A DNA stretch of 64,000 nucleotides. It comes from an uncultured virus (IMG/VR IMGVR_UViG_3300027749_000050) (lineage: Duplodnaviria; Heunggongvirae; Uroviricota; Caudoviricetes). The translations under genes and the position numbers were made by a program. Shown one piece after another: positions 49,737-58,505 of the stretch. Position 1 is the first letter of the stretch. Each line of letters begins with the position of its first letter. A model generated the notes under the pieces. The model worked only from the letters and a program-made list of their open reading frames with translations. It made no database searches and had not been told where the DNA came from. The stretch is taken from IMG/VR virus record IMGVR_UViG_3300027749_000050. One strand, written 5' to 3'.

Positions 49737-50035
49737 TGTTTATCTCCTTTTAAAAAATCCATATTAAATTTAGCCCCTTTGGACCATTTACTTTTTTTTG
49801 GTTTCCAATCTTCTGGAATTGGTGGGGTGAGGTTTTCTCCTGTTGTAGGATTACCATACACTATTAAATCATTTTGATCTACAGTACGTATAAGTCCTGA
49901 ATGATATATACGTACAACAAACTGAGGATTGGATGTAACACTTCCTCCAATCATAAACATTACAAGACAATCTCCAAGTTCTTTTGCATAAGCATCAAAT
50001 GGATTATGTATTTCATGTATTGTTTGAGTAATCAT
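49733..50035 (-). CDS. Hypothetical protein
   Basis: 100-aa ORF coupled to neighbours. Confidence 0.55.
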   Translation of the reverse strand: MITQTIHEIHNPFDAYAKELGDCLVMFMIGGSVTSNPQFVVRIYHSGLIRTVDQNDLIVYGNPTTGENLTPPIPEDWKPKKSKWSKGAKFNMDFLKGDKQ

Positions 50036-50265
50036 AGTTTTTCTTTTGTTTGCCTTAATAAATCTCTATTGGCACTCTTACCCATTTTTCTAAGAAGAGA
50101 ATGTCCTCTAAGTTCATGATCATGTATCCATGTAATAGTTCCTTTAGCTTGATGTTGTTGTGTTAAATAAACTTTTCTAGCTTCATTTTCTGGAACTAAA
50201 TCTCCATTTTCAAATTGGTCTAACACCTCTTCTAAAAGAGGAATTTTATTTTCCTGAGTATTCAT
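50032..50265 (-). CDS. Hypothetical protein
   Basis: 77-aa ORF overlapping neighbours. Confidence 0.5.
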   Translation of the reverse strand: MNTQENKIPLLEEVLDQFENGDLVPENEARKVYLTQQHQAKGTITWIHDHELRGHSLLRKMGKSANRDLLRQTKEKL

Positions 50266-50902
50266 ATTCTAATATTTTACCTACAAGATCAGATCTGTGG
50301 TTATGTTTAAGTTTAATATATTTAATTTCTGAAATCTTCTTAGAAAGTTCTATAACATATCTAAGTCCATTGTCTCCAGCATTCCTAATGTCTGTCTGTT
50401 CAAGATCACCATTAATTATAATCCTACCATTCTTCCCAAGCCTTGTAAGAATTGCAAGCATTTCTGCCTTAGTCAAATTTTGGGCTTCTTCCACCACAAG
50501 TACATCATCAACAGTTTTGCCACGTATAAATTGTACAGGTAGTGCATTAACTTTTTCATCTTTAATAAGTTCTTCTATTTTTAATTTATTATAACACTTA
50601 ATTAAGTTTTCTTGAAATGCTTCTAGATAGGGATCAAACTTTTCATTAAGAGAACCAGGTAGAAAACCTAATGAATGACCCACTTCTACAGCAGCTCTAG
50701 TGACTAATATCTTATCACACTCTTTTTTAAATAAAAAGTCAAGAGCACATTGTGCACTTACAAGACTCTTACCACAACCAGCCCTACCAGTGATGATCAC
50801 AACTTGATTCTCAAGGACAAGTCTTTTAGCTTCTTTCTGTTCATCATTAAGAGTGATATTATACTTAATCTCATTCTTTAAAACCTTTTTTTTCTGTTCC
50901 AT
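50246..50902 (-). CDS. phoH: PhoH-like ATPase
   Basis: GRAGCGKS, LGFLPG, FIRG.T, EEAQN, LTRLG, GD..QTD, HRS. Confidence 0.95.
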   Translation of the reverse strand: MEQKKKVLKNEIKYNITLNDEQKEAKRLVLENQVVIITGRAGCGKSLVSAQCALDFLFKKECDKILVTRAAVEVGHSLGFLPGSLNEKFDPYLEAFQENLIKCYNKLKIEELIKDEKVNALPVQFIRGKTVDDVLVVEEAQNLTKAEMLAILTRLGKNGRIIINGDLEQTDIRNAGDNGLRYVIELSKKISEIKYIKLKHNHRSDLVGKILEYEYSGK

Positions 50903-51194
50903 ATTTTACTTTTACAGTGTTTTTATATTCAGGTTTATTTACCAACTCTTTAAAGTTATTATTTATTGCATCAACAAAAGGATATTCCTTGTTTATACTT
51001 TTAACATAATCATCTACAGTATAATCATGATCTATTTGTAGTATTCTATTTTCTTTAGTATCTTGTTTAAATGATTTAAAAAATCCCATCCATGATATTT
51101 TTTTACAAGGCTGAGGATCTGTAAGAGTACATAGAAACTTTTCTATACTTTCTTTTTCTTCTTTTTTAGCTAAGAATTTTTTAAATAAATTCAT
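50871..51194 (-). CDS. Hypothetical protein
   Basis: 107-aa ORF, TAATG-coupled. Confidence 0.5.
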   Translation of the reverse strand: MNLFKKFLAKKEEKESIEKFLCTLTDPQPCKKISWMGFFKSFKQDTKENRILQIDHDYTVDDYVKSINKEYPFVDAINNNFKELVNKPEYKNTVKVKYGTEKKGFKE

Positions 51195-52024
51195 TATGAT
51201 TTAGCTTTTAGTTTATGTCTATTATCTTCTAACCAATGTATTACACTTATAGCTTCTTGTTTTAAATAAGGTAGATCATATTGTACTACATCAGTGACAA
51301 TAGGATCACCATTAGTATCACGAGCACATATAGGATTGTCAAACCTATCCCGTCCTGCTTCTTCAAACAATATGTGATGAATTGTAAGAGTACCAGGCTT
51401 AAGCTTAGGATTGTGTTTAAGAATAATAAAAAGATACATACTAAGCTGAAGAGCATAGTGATTAAGGTGGCAGTCATCAAGATGAGCCACAGGAGCAGAC
51501 ATTTTTTGAGATATGCCTTCCCAATTAGTAAATCCTTCAACTTTAATTTCTTTATTGGTTTTATAATCTGTTATGTGTACAGTGCCATCTACCACTTCTA
51601 CTAAATCAGATTGACCACATATGCCGGCAGACTTAAGATATACTAAGTGTTCTGGATAAATACCGTTAGCAAGTTTTTGTTCTGGAGAATGTTTAATACC
51701 ATCCACCTCTATAGGTTTAAACACTGGAATTGTAACACCATGTCTTTCCATATTTTCTATACCACATATATCAGATTCACGTTGGTTATGATACCATGTA
51801 CCTAAGTCTGTTGCTCTTTTAGCTTCATTCTTCCAAGCTTCTTTAATATCTTCTGGTGTCATGCCGTACCATTTGCTCTTCTTGCTTTTAGATGTTTTAA
51901 CTGCTATCTTATCAGCATCAAATGGTTGTTTAAATTGTGATATCAAACTAGTAACACTTAACCAATCTATACCATCCTCACTTGTATACTTGTGATTATG
52001 GGGTGTAAATTTTAATCCACTCAT
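51194..52024 (-). CDS. PD-(D/E)XK exonuclease-like protein
   Basis: SVTSLI, GT..H, PE..V, GQSDL, DYKT, YALQLS.Y. Confidence 0.85.
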   Translation of the reverse strand: MSGLKFTPHNHKYTSEDGIDWLSVTSLISQFKQPFDADKIAVKTSKSKKSKWYGMTPEDIKEAWKNEAKRATDLGTWYHNQRESDICGIENMERHGVTIPVFKPIEVDGIKHSPEQKLANGIYPEHLVYLKSAGICGQSDLVEVVDGTVHITDYKTNKEIKVEGFTNWEGISQKMSAPVAHLDDCHLNHYALQLSMYLFIILKHNPKLKPGTLTIHHILFEEAGRDRFDNPICARDTNGDPIVTDVVQYDLPYLKQEAISVIHWLEDNRHKLKAKS

Positions 52025-52350
52025 AGTCCTAATTTTTGGTTTAATTTATCTTCCTCTTCTTGTGTAAGAACAGCTTTCCATTTACCAAGAGGACAATCAG
52101 AAGACAAGCTTCTTATTTTAAATTTTAATGAACATCCACATCCTCCTTTAAGTTGATTACAACAAGGGGTTGTTCCTGCCACCATACATCCTGCATCATC
52201 TTCTGTATAAAGATCACACTGAGAACATATAATCATTCTTTCTGCAGCCACTTCTTCTACATCTTCTTTTTTAAATATACTATTAGTGATGCCTTCTAGT
52301 ATTTGTCCTTTACTTTTCCAAATCTTTATTATGTTTTCTCTTAGACTCAT
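52021..52350 (-). CDS. Cys-rich zinc-binding protein
   Basis: R..IC..C...CC...CGC.L..K.RS...CPLGKW. Confidence 0.65.
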   Translation of the reverse strand: MSLRENIIKIWKSKGQILEGITNSIFKKEDVEEVAAERMIICSQCDLYTEDDAGCMVAGTTPCCNQLKGGCGCSLKFKIRSLSSDCPLGKWKAVLTQEEEDKLNQKLGL

Positions 52351-52708
52351 TCTTATGCAATTTAATAAAATCTTTACGTTGTTTTTCTTCGTTTACAATC
52401 TTTTTAATATTCTTAAGATCAAACAATGTTTCAGCTGTTTTAAATCTAGCAGTGATTTGTTGTAGTCCTTTTTGTTTATTGTTCTCTTCCCACTTTTCTA
52501 GTCGTTCTATTTTATCATCTATCTTCCAATGTTTTGTTACAAAATCTCCAAGATTTGTAACATGAATTCTATTATGTTTTAGTGATGTCAAAGACTTTCT
52601 CACTTCTTGCCAATAGTAGGAAATGACATCTTCCACAAAAGACTGTGGTAAAGATAATTCTTTCACAACATCTGGTATAAACTCTTTAGCTTTCTTTGGG
52701 TTCAACAC
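52310..52708 (-). CDS. HU/IHF-like protein
   Basis: VKEL.LP...VEDVI..Y...V.K.L...IHVTNLGDF. Confidence 0.55.
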   Translation of the reverse strand: MLNPKKAKEFIPDVVKELSLPQSFVEDVISYYWQEVRKSLTSLKHNRIHVTNLGDFVTKHWKIDDKIERLEKWEENNKQKGLQQITARFKTAETLFDLKNIKKIVNEEKQRKDFIKLHKNESKRKHNKDLEK

Positions 52709-53057
52709 TTAAAAATTTAAAGTCAAGAAGAATACTTCCTTTAGAAAATACTTTTAATTCTGGATTAATAAAAATTCTTTTCTTGTTTTTACCTTCTTTC
52801 TTAATAAGGTTTTTCTTTTCAGCTTTAGTAAGACAGTTACGTACACTCTGTATAGAAGAAAAAATATCTTTAACGTGAGCCTTTACACAAAAGTTTGTTA
52901 GTTCTTGGTCTCCTTCAAGAGCAAGATATGTAAGACAATTTAAGTCTGCTTCACTTACAGATATTTTATTTAGATAGCAGTGTGTAAGGATTTGGTATTT
53001 TACTATACCCCATTTATCCATTCTCACTCTCTTATCCACTTGATTTACTATTGCCAT
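52686..53057 (-). CDS. Winged-helix DNA-binding protein
   Basis: SIQSVRNCLTKAEKKNLI...IFINP. Confidence 0.55.
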   Translation of the reverse strand: MAIVNQVDKRVRMDKWGIVKYQILTHCYLNKISVSEADLNCLTYLALEGDQELTNFCVKAHVKDIFSSIQSVRNCLTKAEKKNLIKKEGKNKKRIFINPELKVFSKGSILLDFKFLSVEPKES

Positions 53058-53491
53058 TATAATTCTATTTTAAAGCTTATATATTCTTCTTTTGTACCAC
53101 CCCAGTCTTTGTATGTAAGAATCTGGGTGGCACCAAAGTTTTCAAATATTTTCCAGCTTGCACCTTTACGTGCTTCCCCTGTAATATATTTATATCCTGA
53201 TTCTGTAGCCCAATTTATGCCCAGCTTTATTAGATCGTGTCCATGTCCTTGTCCTCTATGGGTTGAAGATACAGTAAAACTATCTATATAAACTACATTA
53301 CTAGACTCCCATGATATAATTATTTCTCCTATAATTTCTGTTTTATCTTTAAGCCATATGCCTTGACAGTTATCATTCTCTTGTAACATGTACAGTTTAT
53401 ACTTATCATCCCAACGTAATTCTTTAGGATGTTCTCTCTCAAACTTAAAAGTTTCTTTATAGTCTCTTAACTTATATAAAGGGGTTGTCAT
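53057..53491 (-). CDS. GNAT acetyltransferase
   Basis: YIDSFTV...HRGQGHG..LI (acetyl-CoA motif A), FENFG. Confidence 0.85.
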   Translation of the reverse strand: MTTPLYKLRDYKETFKFEREHPKELRWDDKYKLYMLQENDNCQGIWLKDKTEIIGEIIISWESSNVVYIDSFTVSSTHRGQGHGHDLIKLGINWATESGYKYITGEARKGASWKIFENFGATQILTYKDWGGTKEEYISFKIEL

Positions 53492-53493
53492 TT

Positions 53494-53832
53494 CTACTTC
53501 TTCTTTAATGATCTTTGTTTAGCTGCTTGTTCTTTAGGAATTAACACTTCATCCCCTACACTAAATCCTTGGTCAACAAGTTCTGGATTCTCATCCATAT
53601 CTTGCTGTGTAAGGTTGTGCTTCACAGCATCAGCTGGTGGCTGGGGGTTAGTCATCTGTGCAATGAACTGAAGAGCCTTAAGTTCTTCTGCTCTACCTAC
53701 AGCTAGCTTAGTGTTAAGCTCTTGAAGTTTAAGCTGTGCTTCTTTAACTTCCATTTGTTCTTTTAAGAAGATAATCACTTCTTCTTTACTTGGACCTTTA
53801 GCCTTGTCCGTAATTTGTTCTTGTTCTGACAT
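53494..53832 (-). CDS. Hypothetical coiled-coil protein
   Basis: 112-aa ORF. Confidence 0.6.
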   Translation of the reverse strand: MSEQEQITDKAKGPSKEEVIIFLKEQMEVKEAQLKLQELNTKLAVGRAEELKALQFIAQMTNPQPPADAVKHNLTQQDMDENPELVDQGFSVGDEVLIPKEQAAKQRSLKKK

Positions 53833-53853
53833 AGTGTTGGTTTATTTTAATTG

Positions 53854-53976
53854 TTATATAATACCGTTTCTTTTAGCAATAGGATGACCCATATTTTCTA
53901 TTCCTTTTTTAATAGACTTGCATATAGCTTTCTTAATCTTCTTTAATAACTTTTTTTTTATTTTCTTCTTAAGCAT
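53854..53976 (-). CDS. Very basic small peptide (40 aa)
   Basis: Manual translation MLKKKIKKKLLKKIKKAICKSIKKGIENMGHPIAKRNGII*; fills the gap. Confidence 0.4.
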   Translation of the reverse strand: MLKKKIKKKLLKKIKKAICKSIKKGIENMGHPIAKRNGII

Positions 53977-53977
53977 A

Positions 53978-54268
53978 TTATAAGTTTAAGTCGTCTAGGT
54001 TAGCATCTGTAATGTCATCATAATAACTTTTAAGTAAAGAAAAGAACTCTTTACAAGGAGTGTCTATAATATAAGCTTCCCCATGTTTAGTGAATATAGT
54101 GGTACATCCATATGTAGACATATCCTCTTCATCTGATGTAAGCTTAGCAGCTTCCACCATTTCCATGTCAAATATGAAAGGCATCCACTTACCACCATCT
54201 TCCAATCCTAGATCACTCATCTTAGTGGGATCTATAGTGTGACAATTTAAATTACATTCGTGTAACAT
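53978..54268 (-). CDS. Hypothetical protein
   Basis: 96-aa ORF. Confidence 0.6.
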   Translation of the reverse strand: MLHECNLNCHTIDPTKMSDLGLEDGGKWMPFIFDMEMVEAAKLTSDEEDMSTYGCTTIFTKHGEAYIIDTPCKEFFSLLKSYYDDITDANLDDLNL

Positions 54269-54471
54269 TATATTTGGGTTTTTGGTTTATGTGATCTATG
54301 ATATTCTGTATACGTAATATACTTACTTCTATTAGTAGCTTTAATCATACTCATTGCTACTAGCCTTTCAGTTATGCCATCTCTGACATCAACCACTGGC
54401 ACTTGAATTGTTTGGCCATACTTGTTGGTTGTTTCTCTGTAATGAGACTTTACATGTGGTGTTACACTCAT
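54268..54471 (-). CDS. Hypothetical protein, first gene of the minus block
   Basis: 67-aa ORF, TAATG-coupled. Confidence 0.5.
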   Translation of the reverse strand: MSVTPHVKSHYRETTNKYGQTIQVPVVDVRDGITERLVAMSMIKATNRSKYITYTEYHRSHKPKTQI

Positions 54472-54699
54472 AATATAATATACTTTAAATGTTTAAACTT
54501 TACAAATTTAATATTTTATTATCTATATAAAATTTTTAATTTTTCCACAGTGTGTTAATATCCCCCCCTTCTATATATCCCCCTACCTTATATATACATT
54601 CTGTGTTGCACAATGTAGTGGGGTACTACCCATCTGCTCCCCTCCTTATTAATAGCCGGGTTCTACCCCCGTATTAGTAATTTAATTAAATTAAAAAAC
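54472..54699. promoter_or_regulatory. Divergent intergenic control region (strand switch)
   Basis: All credible genes switch from - to + here; AT-rich tract, C-runs, TGGGGTA-C-TACCCCA palindrome. Confidence 0.65.
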
Positions 54700-54975
54700 A
54701 TGCCAGCATTTTTTGTAAAAAACACAAAGAAAGGTACAGGTATTGTCGTGAGTGACAAACCTCTTGCAAGCAGAACCATTGAAATGAAGAATGGTCTGAA
54801 AAGAACTCTTAACATCCAACAGAGTGAAGTAAAGTTTGGATTCTTTAGTATGGAAGAAGGGAATGCTGCCGAACTTGGCTATACCAAGGGTGAAAAGATT
54901 CCTGTGTCTTTAACTACTGTACAAGTAATAGGTGAAGAGGGTCCTCTTGACTTATTCTGGTGCAACCCTGATTAA
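54700..54975 (+). CDS. Hypothetical early protein
   Basis: 91 aa with A-rich leader; followed by two hairpins. Confidence 0.7.
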   Translation: MPAFFVKNTKKGTGIVVSDKPLASRTIEMKNGLKRTLNIQQSEVKFGFFSMEEGNAAELGYTKGEKIPVSLTTVQVIGEEGPLDLFWCNPD

Positions 54976-54996
54976 TTCAGGGTGATGCTTGGAAGT

Positions 54997-55028
54997 ACCT
55001 GCAGCTTATCTACAAGAGAGCTGCAGGT
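54997..55028 (+). terminator. Hairpin after first early gene
   Basis: ACCTGCAGCT-N12-AGCTGCAGGT; a second hairpin ACCCTGA/TCAGGGT spans the stop codon. Confidence 0.5.
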
Positions 55029-55146
55029 TATTCCTCAGTTATTTCCAATTCTATTTCAATCAGTGTCTGTAGGTTACTAGCAACTCACACACACTTCATT
55101 CAATTCCTCATTTACAGCTAGTTGTAAGAAATCTCGGCCGGATAAG

Positions 55147-55338
55147 ATGGCTATAAATTCATTAGTTATGTTACAAGTTTATGTAATTGTTTACTCTCAT
55201 GATAAAAACAGCATTGCAAATCCAATCTTCTTTAATTCAGAAAAAGAAGCAATTGATTGGAAGAAAGATAAGATTGCTAACGATGAGTGTGGTAATCCTA
55301 TCACTGCTTATGATGTAAAAAGATTAGAGAGCCTGTAA
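55147..55338 (+). CDS. Hypothetical early protein
   Basis: VYVIVY...F.SEKEA small phage protein pattern; start may be 55168. Confidence 0.55.
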   Translation: MAINSLVMLQVYVIVYSHDKNSIANPIFFNSEKEAIDWKKDKIANDECGNPITAYDVKRLESL

Positions 55339-55523
55339 TAGGGCTCTTCAGAGAGTAGATTGGGAATCTGATAATGTATATTAAAATCAGATGAACACCA
55401 AGTAAATAGTAACTACTCTTTTTTCTTTCAATATGTAATAGATAGCATTGCTTAGAAGATAAACCAGGACACATCATCCTGTAAATGTCTAAGTTCAAGT
55501 ACTGACAAGTGCTATTACATATT

Positions 55524-55653
55524 TGTTTAATGCACCATTTCAGCTTCCCAAGGGCTGACAGTTGTAGAAAATATTAGCACATAAGCTAATTGACTATAGA
55601 ATAGCCAGTGACAACTTTAAATAAGCTATTACATCTGAGTTGCAGAGGGGACA
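55524..55653 (+). ncRNA. Twister self-cleaving ribozyme (type P1) with large P5 insertion
   Basis: UGUU-UAA-UGCA-CC...UCAGC-UUCCCAAGG-GCUGA...UGCA-GAGGG-GACA reproduces twister P1/L1/P2/P4 and both pseudoknots. Confidence 0.75.
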
Positions 55654-55679
55654 TTTCACACACAAACAAAAACTTAATT

Positions 55680-56045
55680 ATGGCTACAGAAATTAAAATT
55701 CAGAACAGAATAGAGAACAATGTTGTCTATTCTAATTTAGTTTATCCTTTGGATCATGGATATTACTATGTTGCTCCATTGGACAACAAATGGGTTGAGG
55801 ATAGAATTCATTCATGGTTTGGTGTAGATAGGATTGCAAACAAGTATGCAGTGGAAATCATTGGTAACAGTGGTCATCCATTACTAATATGCAATCATGA
55901 TGGTGATCATTACCTAGTACAAAAAGGAAAAATTAAAGAAGAGAAATTTGTTCTTAATGGAGACATGGCTAATGAATTTAATGATTCATTTCCTTCTGAG
56001 TATGATTGTTGGAATGGTGATGAGACAGATAAAATTAATTATTAA
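55680..56045 (+). CDS. Hypothetical early protein
   Basis: Likely start ATG 55680 (MATEIK); the longer track start overlaps the ribozyme. Confidence 0.6.
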   Translation: MATEIKIQNRIENNVVYSNLVYPLDHGYYYVAPLDNKWVEDRIHSWFGVDRIANKYAVEIIGNSGHPLLICNHDGDHYLVQKGKIKEEKFVLNGDMANEFNDSFPSEYDCWNGDETDKINY

Positions 56046-56064
56046 TCCATTAAAATTAAATTAT

Positions 56065-56355
56065 ATGGAAAAAGTTTATTTAGTTTATTATGACAATGGA
56101 GAACGTTGGGAAGATCATCACGTATATGTAGATAAGATCTTTCTTTCTAAAGAATCTGCAGATGTATATGCAGAAGAAAAGAATGCTCCAATGCAAAAGT
56201 ATACACCTTCTGTTACAGAAGAAAGATACATTGCTGAAAACTGGAGTGAAACTAATGGTTGTACTTATTCTCAGTTTATAGAGAATGAACAGTATGATTG
56301 GAGTATGTATCGTGATGCAAAATATTATGTATCTGAATCAGATGTCCATCCATAA
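56065..56355 (+). CDS. Hypothetical early protein
   Basis: MEKVYLVYYDNGE.WED...IF.SKE.A pattern common in phages. Confidence 0.65.
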   Translation: MEKVYLVYYDNGERWEDHHVYVDKIFLSKESADVYAEEKNAPMQKYTPSVTEERYIAENWSETNGCTYSQFIENEQYDWSMYRDAKYYVSESDVHP

Positions 56356-56403
56356 ATTTTAGCATAGGATTTCTAGCAGTTAGACTTCATATAACTGTGG
56401 CTT

Positions 56404-56432
56404 TAGTGGTGATGCATTAACCACTGCTTTTT
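56404..56432 (+). terminator. Terminator-like hairpin
   Basis: AGTGGT...ACCACT then GCTTTTT. Confidence 0.45.
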
Positions 56433-56465
56433 AAACCTAATTGTTAACAACAAAATTTAATTGTT

Positions 56466-56693
56466 ATGTGTAATCACAAAACAAATGGCTTATTATTAGC
56501 CAAGAAGCAGTTCCTTGAAGACTTAAAAACAGACAAAGACTTCATAGAACACAAAGAAAGAGCATTCTATGACAAAAGTTATGGATACTCATATGGTACA
56601 ATGGTAGCAGGTGTAAACGTCTATGTACTAAATATCATTACACCGAGTTCTCAAACCCTTATTTCCCAATATTTAAAATCTTTGCAAAAATGA
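56466..56693 (+). CDS. Hypothetical protein
   Basis: 75-aa ORF. Confidence 0.55.
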   Translation: MCNHKTNGLLLAKKQFLEDLKTDKDFIEHKERAFYDKSYGYSYGTMVAGVNVYVLNIITPSSQTLISQYLKSLQK

Positions 56694-56857
56694 GACACAT
56701 CCTCTTATTCCCCGTTTGGTTAGTATTATTCTTAACATCATTCATAATTGGTGGTGTTATGTATCTATGGAAGTTTGATTCTAGAAGATTCAGACATGGC
56801 ACATCCTATCTTAATACAAGAATTAAATTTATGGACTGGTATGAATTTTCTAAATAA
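56690..56857 (+). CDS. Small membrane protein (55 aa)
   Basis: Manual translation MRHILLFPVWLVLFLTSFIIGGVMYLWKF...; ATGA overlap. Confidence 0.5.
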   Translation: MRHILLFPVWLVLFLTSFIIGGVMYLWKFDSRRFRHGTSYLNTRIKFMDWYEFSK

Positions 56858-56872
56858 CTAAAACAATCAAAC

Positions 56873-57211
56873 TTGAAAAAATTATATATACTTATTGCAA
56901 CGGCAGCCCTACCATTTATGTTGGTATGGGCTGCATTTGTTCTAACTGCTTTTAACTTTAATCCTCGTGAGGTATTTAATAGTGGCAGTTTTTGGGGACC
57001 ATCTGTGCTGTATTGGTTACTATGGGTTTGTTTATCTCCACTTATAATAGAAATGGTAGATGAACAAGAGGCCAAAGAAACTAAAGAAGCTGAACAGAAA
57101 GCAACTCTTTCCAAAGAGGAAATGATTCAAAAGCATTTGAATGCTGAACCTAGCAGGCAGAACCCTGAATATGAAGCATTTGTTAGAGATGCAATGAACA
57201 AACTGAAATAA
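56873..57211 (+). CDS. Two-TM membrane protein
   Basis: Two hydrophobic segments then a charged tail. Confidence 0.6.
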   Translation: MKKLYILIATAALPFMLVWAAFVLTAFNFNPREVFNSGSFWGPSVLYWLLWVCLSPLIIEMVDEQEAKETKEAEQKATLSKEEMIQKHLNAEPSRQNPEYEAFVRDAMNKLK

Positions 57212-57325
57212 ACTACCACACAGGCAAATTTGAGCTCTAGGTATTACTATTATATTATAATGGTATTACTTAGAGCTCATTTTTGCACTCACGGTAATTT
57301 CATATATATTAAAAGTATTTAACAA

Positions 57326-57556
57326 ATGAAGACATTACTTATTATTATTCTATTCAATATGAATAGTTATGCTCAAGATACAACTTACTCTCAAAGAAGA
57401 GGAGATTTGTATATGAATGTTAGAACAAAAGTTAAGGATATTAATATAAAATCACATTACAATATTCAACAACACAAAAAAGATAATAGATTTATAACTA
57501 TTATCAGTGCTGTATTTATTGGATTGACAGTGTGGTATTTCTATCCTACAAAATAA
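57326..57556 (+). CDS. Small secreted/membrane protein
   Basis: Signal-peptide-like MKTLLIIILF..SYAQ, C-terminal TM segment. Confidence 0.55.
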   Translation: MKTLLIIILFNMNSYAQDTTYSQRRGDLYMNVRTKVKDINIKSHYNIQQHKKDNRFITIISAVFIGLTVWYFYPTK

Positions 57557-57590
57557 ACAACATTTCCCCAAATATTAAAATCATTTAAAA

Positions 57591-57923
57591 ATGACTAAAA
57601 CAGAATTTTTTAGCAAGTATGGTGGTCTATTAGTAAAATTCACTGACGATTCAGGTGAGTATGGAGATCATTTGTTCTTACATCCAGAAGAAATAGAACT
57701 GGTACAACAATATGACCCAAACCACTTTCAAATTGTATCTGTACATGAAACAGAAGATAATCAAGATCATGTAGATATGACTATTCCATGTGATTTTGGC
57801 AATCAACCGTATAAATTTGGATATTTTGTAATCAAAAGACCTAAATTAGGTAACATAGAATCCAATTTTCAAGAAGACATGATAAATGACCTTTATGAAG
57901 AAAATGACGACACCTCCTTTTAA
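57591..57923 (+). CDS. Hypothetical acidic protein
   Basis: 110-aa ORF with A-rich leader. Confidence 0.6.
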   Translation: MTKTEFFSKYGGLLVKFTDDSGEYGDHLFLHPEEIELVQQYDPNHFQIVSVHETEDNQDHVDMTIPCDFGNQPYKFGYFVIKRPKLGNIESNFQEDMINDLYEENDDTSF

Positions 57924-57942
57924 AACATTAAAAAACTAGATT

Positions 57943-58194
57943 ATGAAAGAAATCTTTGTAATGCTCTCTAAAATAATGAGCAAACAACAGTGTATTGAAA
58001 AATTATCAGATGCATTGGCTGAATATAATGAAGCTAAACTGCTTGGGAAGGATTTAGAGCAAGAAGAACAGGTTATTACTATGGCTTGCCACCTTTTACT
58101 GTTAAACGGCCTTAAAGGGGATGCTAAAGACGTTCTAGAAGACATGGAAATGGTAAATAAATCTGTCAATTTCTTTAAGACAGAAAAAAACTAA
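57943..58194 (+). CDS. Hypothetical protein
   Basis: 83-aa helical ORF. Confidence 0.55.
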   Translation: MKEIFVMLSKIMSKQQCIEKLSDALAEYNEAKLLGKDLEQEEQVITMACHLLLLNGLKGDAKDVLEDMEMVNKSVNFFKTEKN

Positions 58195-58505
58195 ACAATA
58201 TTATGTATGGGGGAAGCCTGGAGATAACATCAAAGGGCTACCCATTTAACTTACGAGGCAAGTAGTTACTGCCTAATGTGCCTAACATGATGGGAAACAG
58301 TGTAACAACTGTATAGGTTTGCTCGTATGACAAAGTTATACTCAGGAGGGCATCCTGGAATCAACAATTCAATCTGCCTACCTAACCTGCCTAGACAAAA
58401 TAGCACGGGAGAACAGAGAGCCTCCTGCAGGGACAGCCACAACACTTATAAGTTGGGAAAAATAGAGTGTTATTTTTTATTATTTAACCCAAAAACATTT
58501 AAACT

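Noticed and set aside
55065..55100. PreQ1-I riboswitch-like GGTTACTAGC hairpin
   Set aside because: Lacks the 3' A-rich tail and there is no queuosine-related gene downstream
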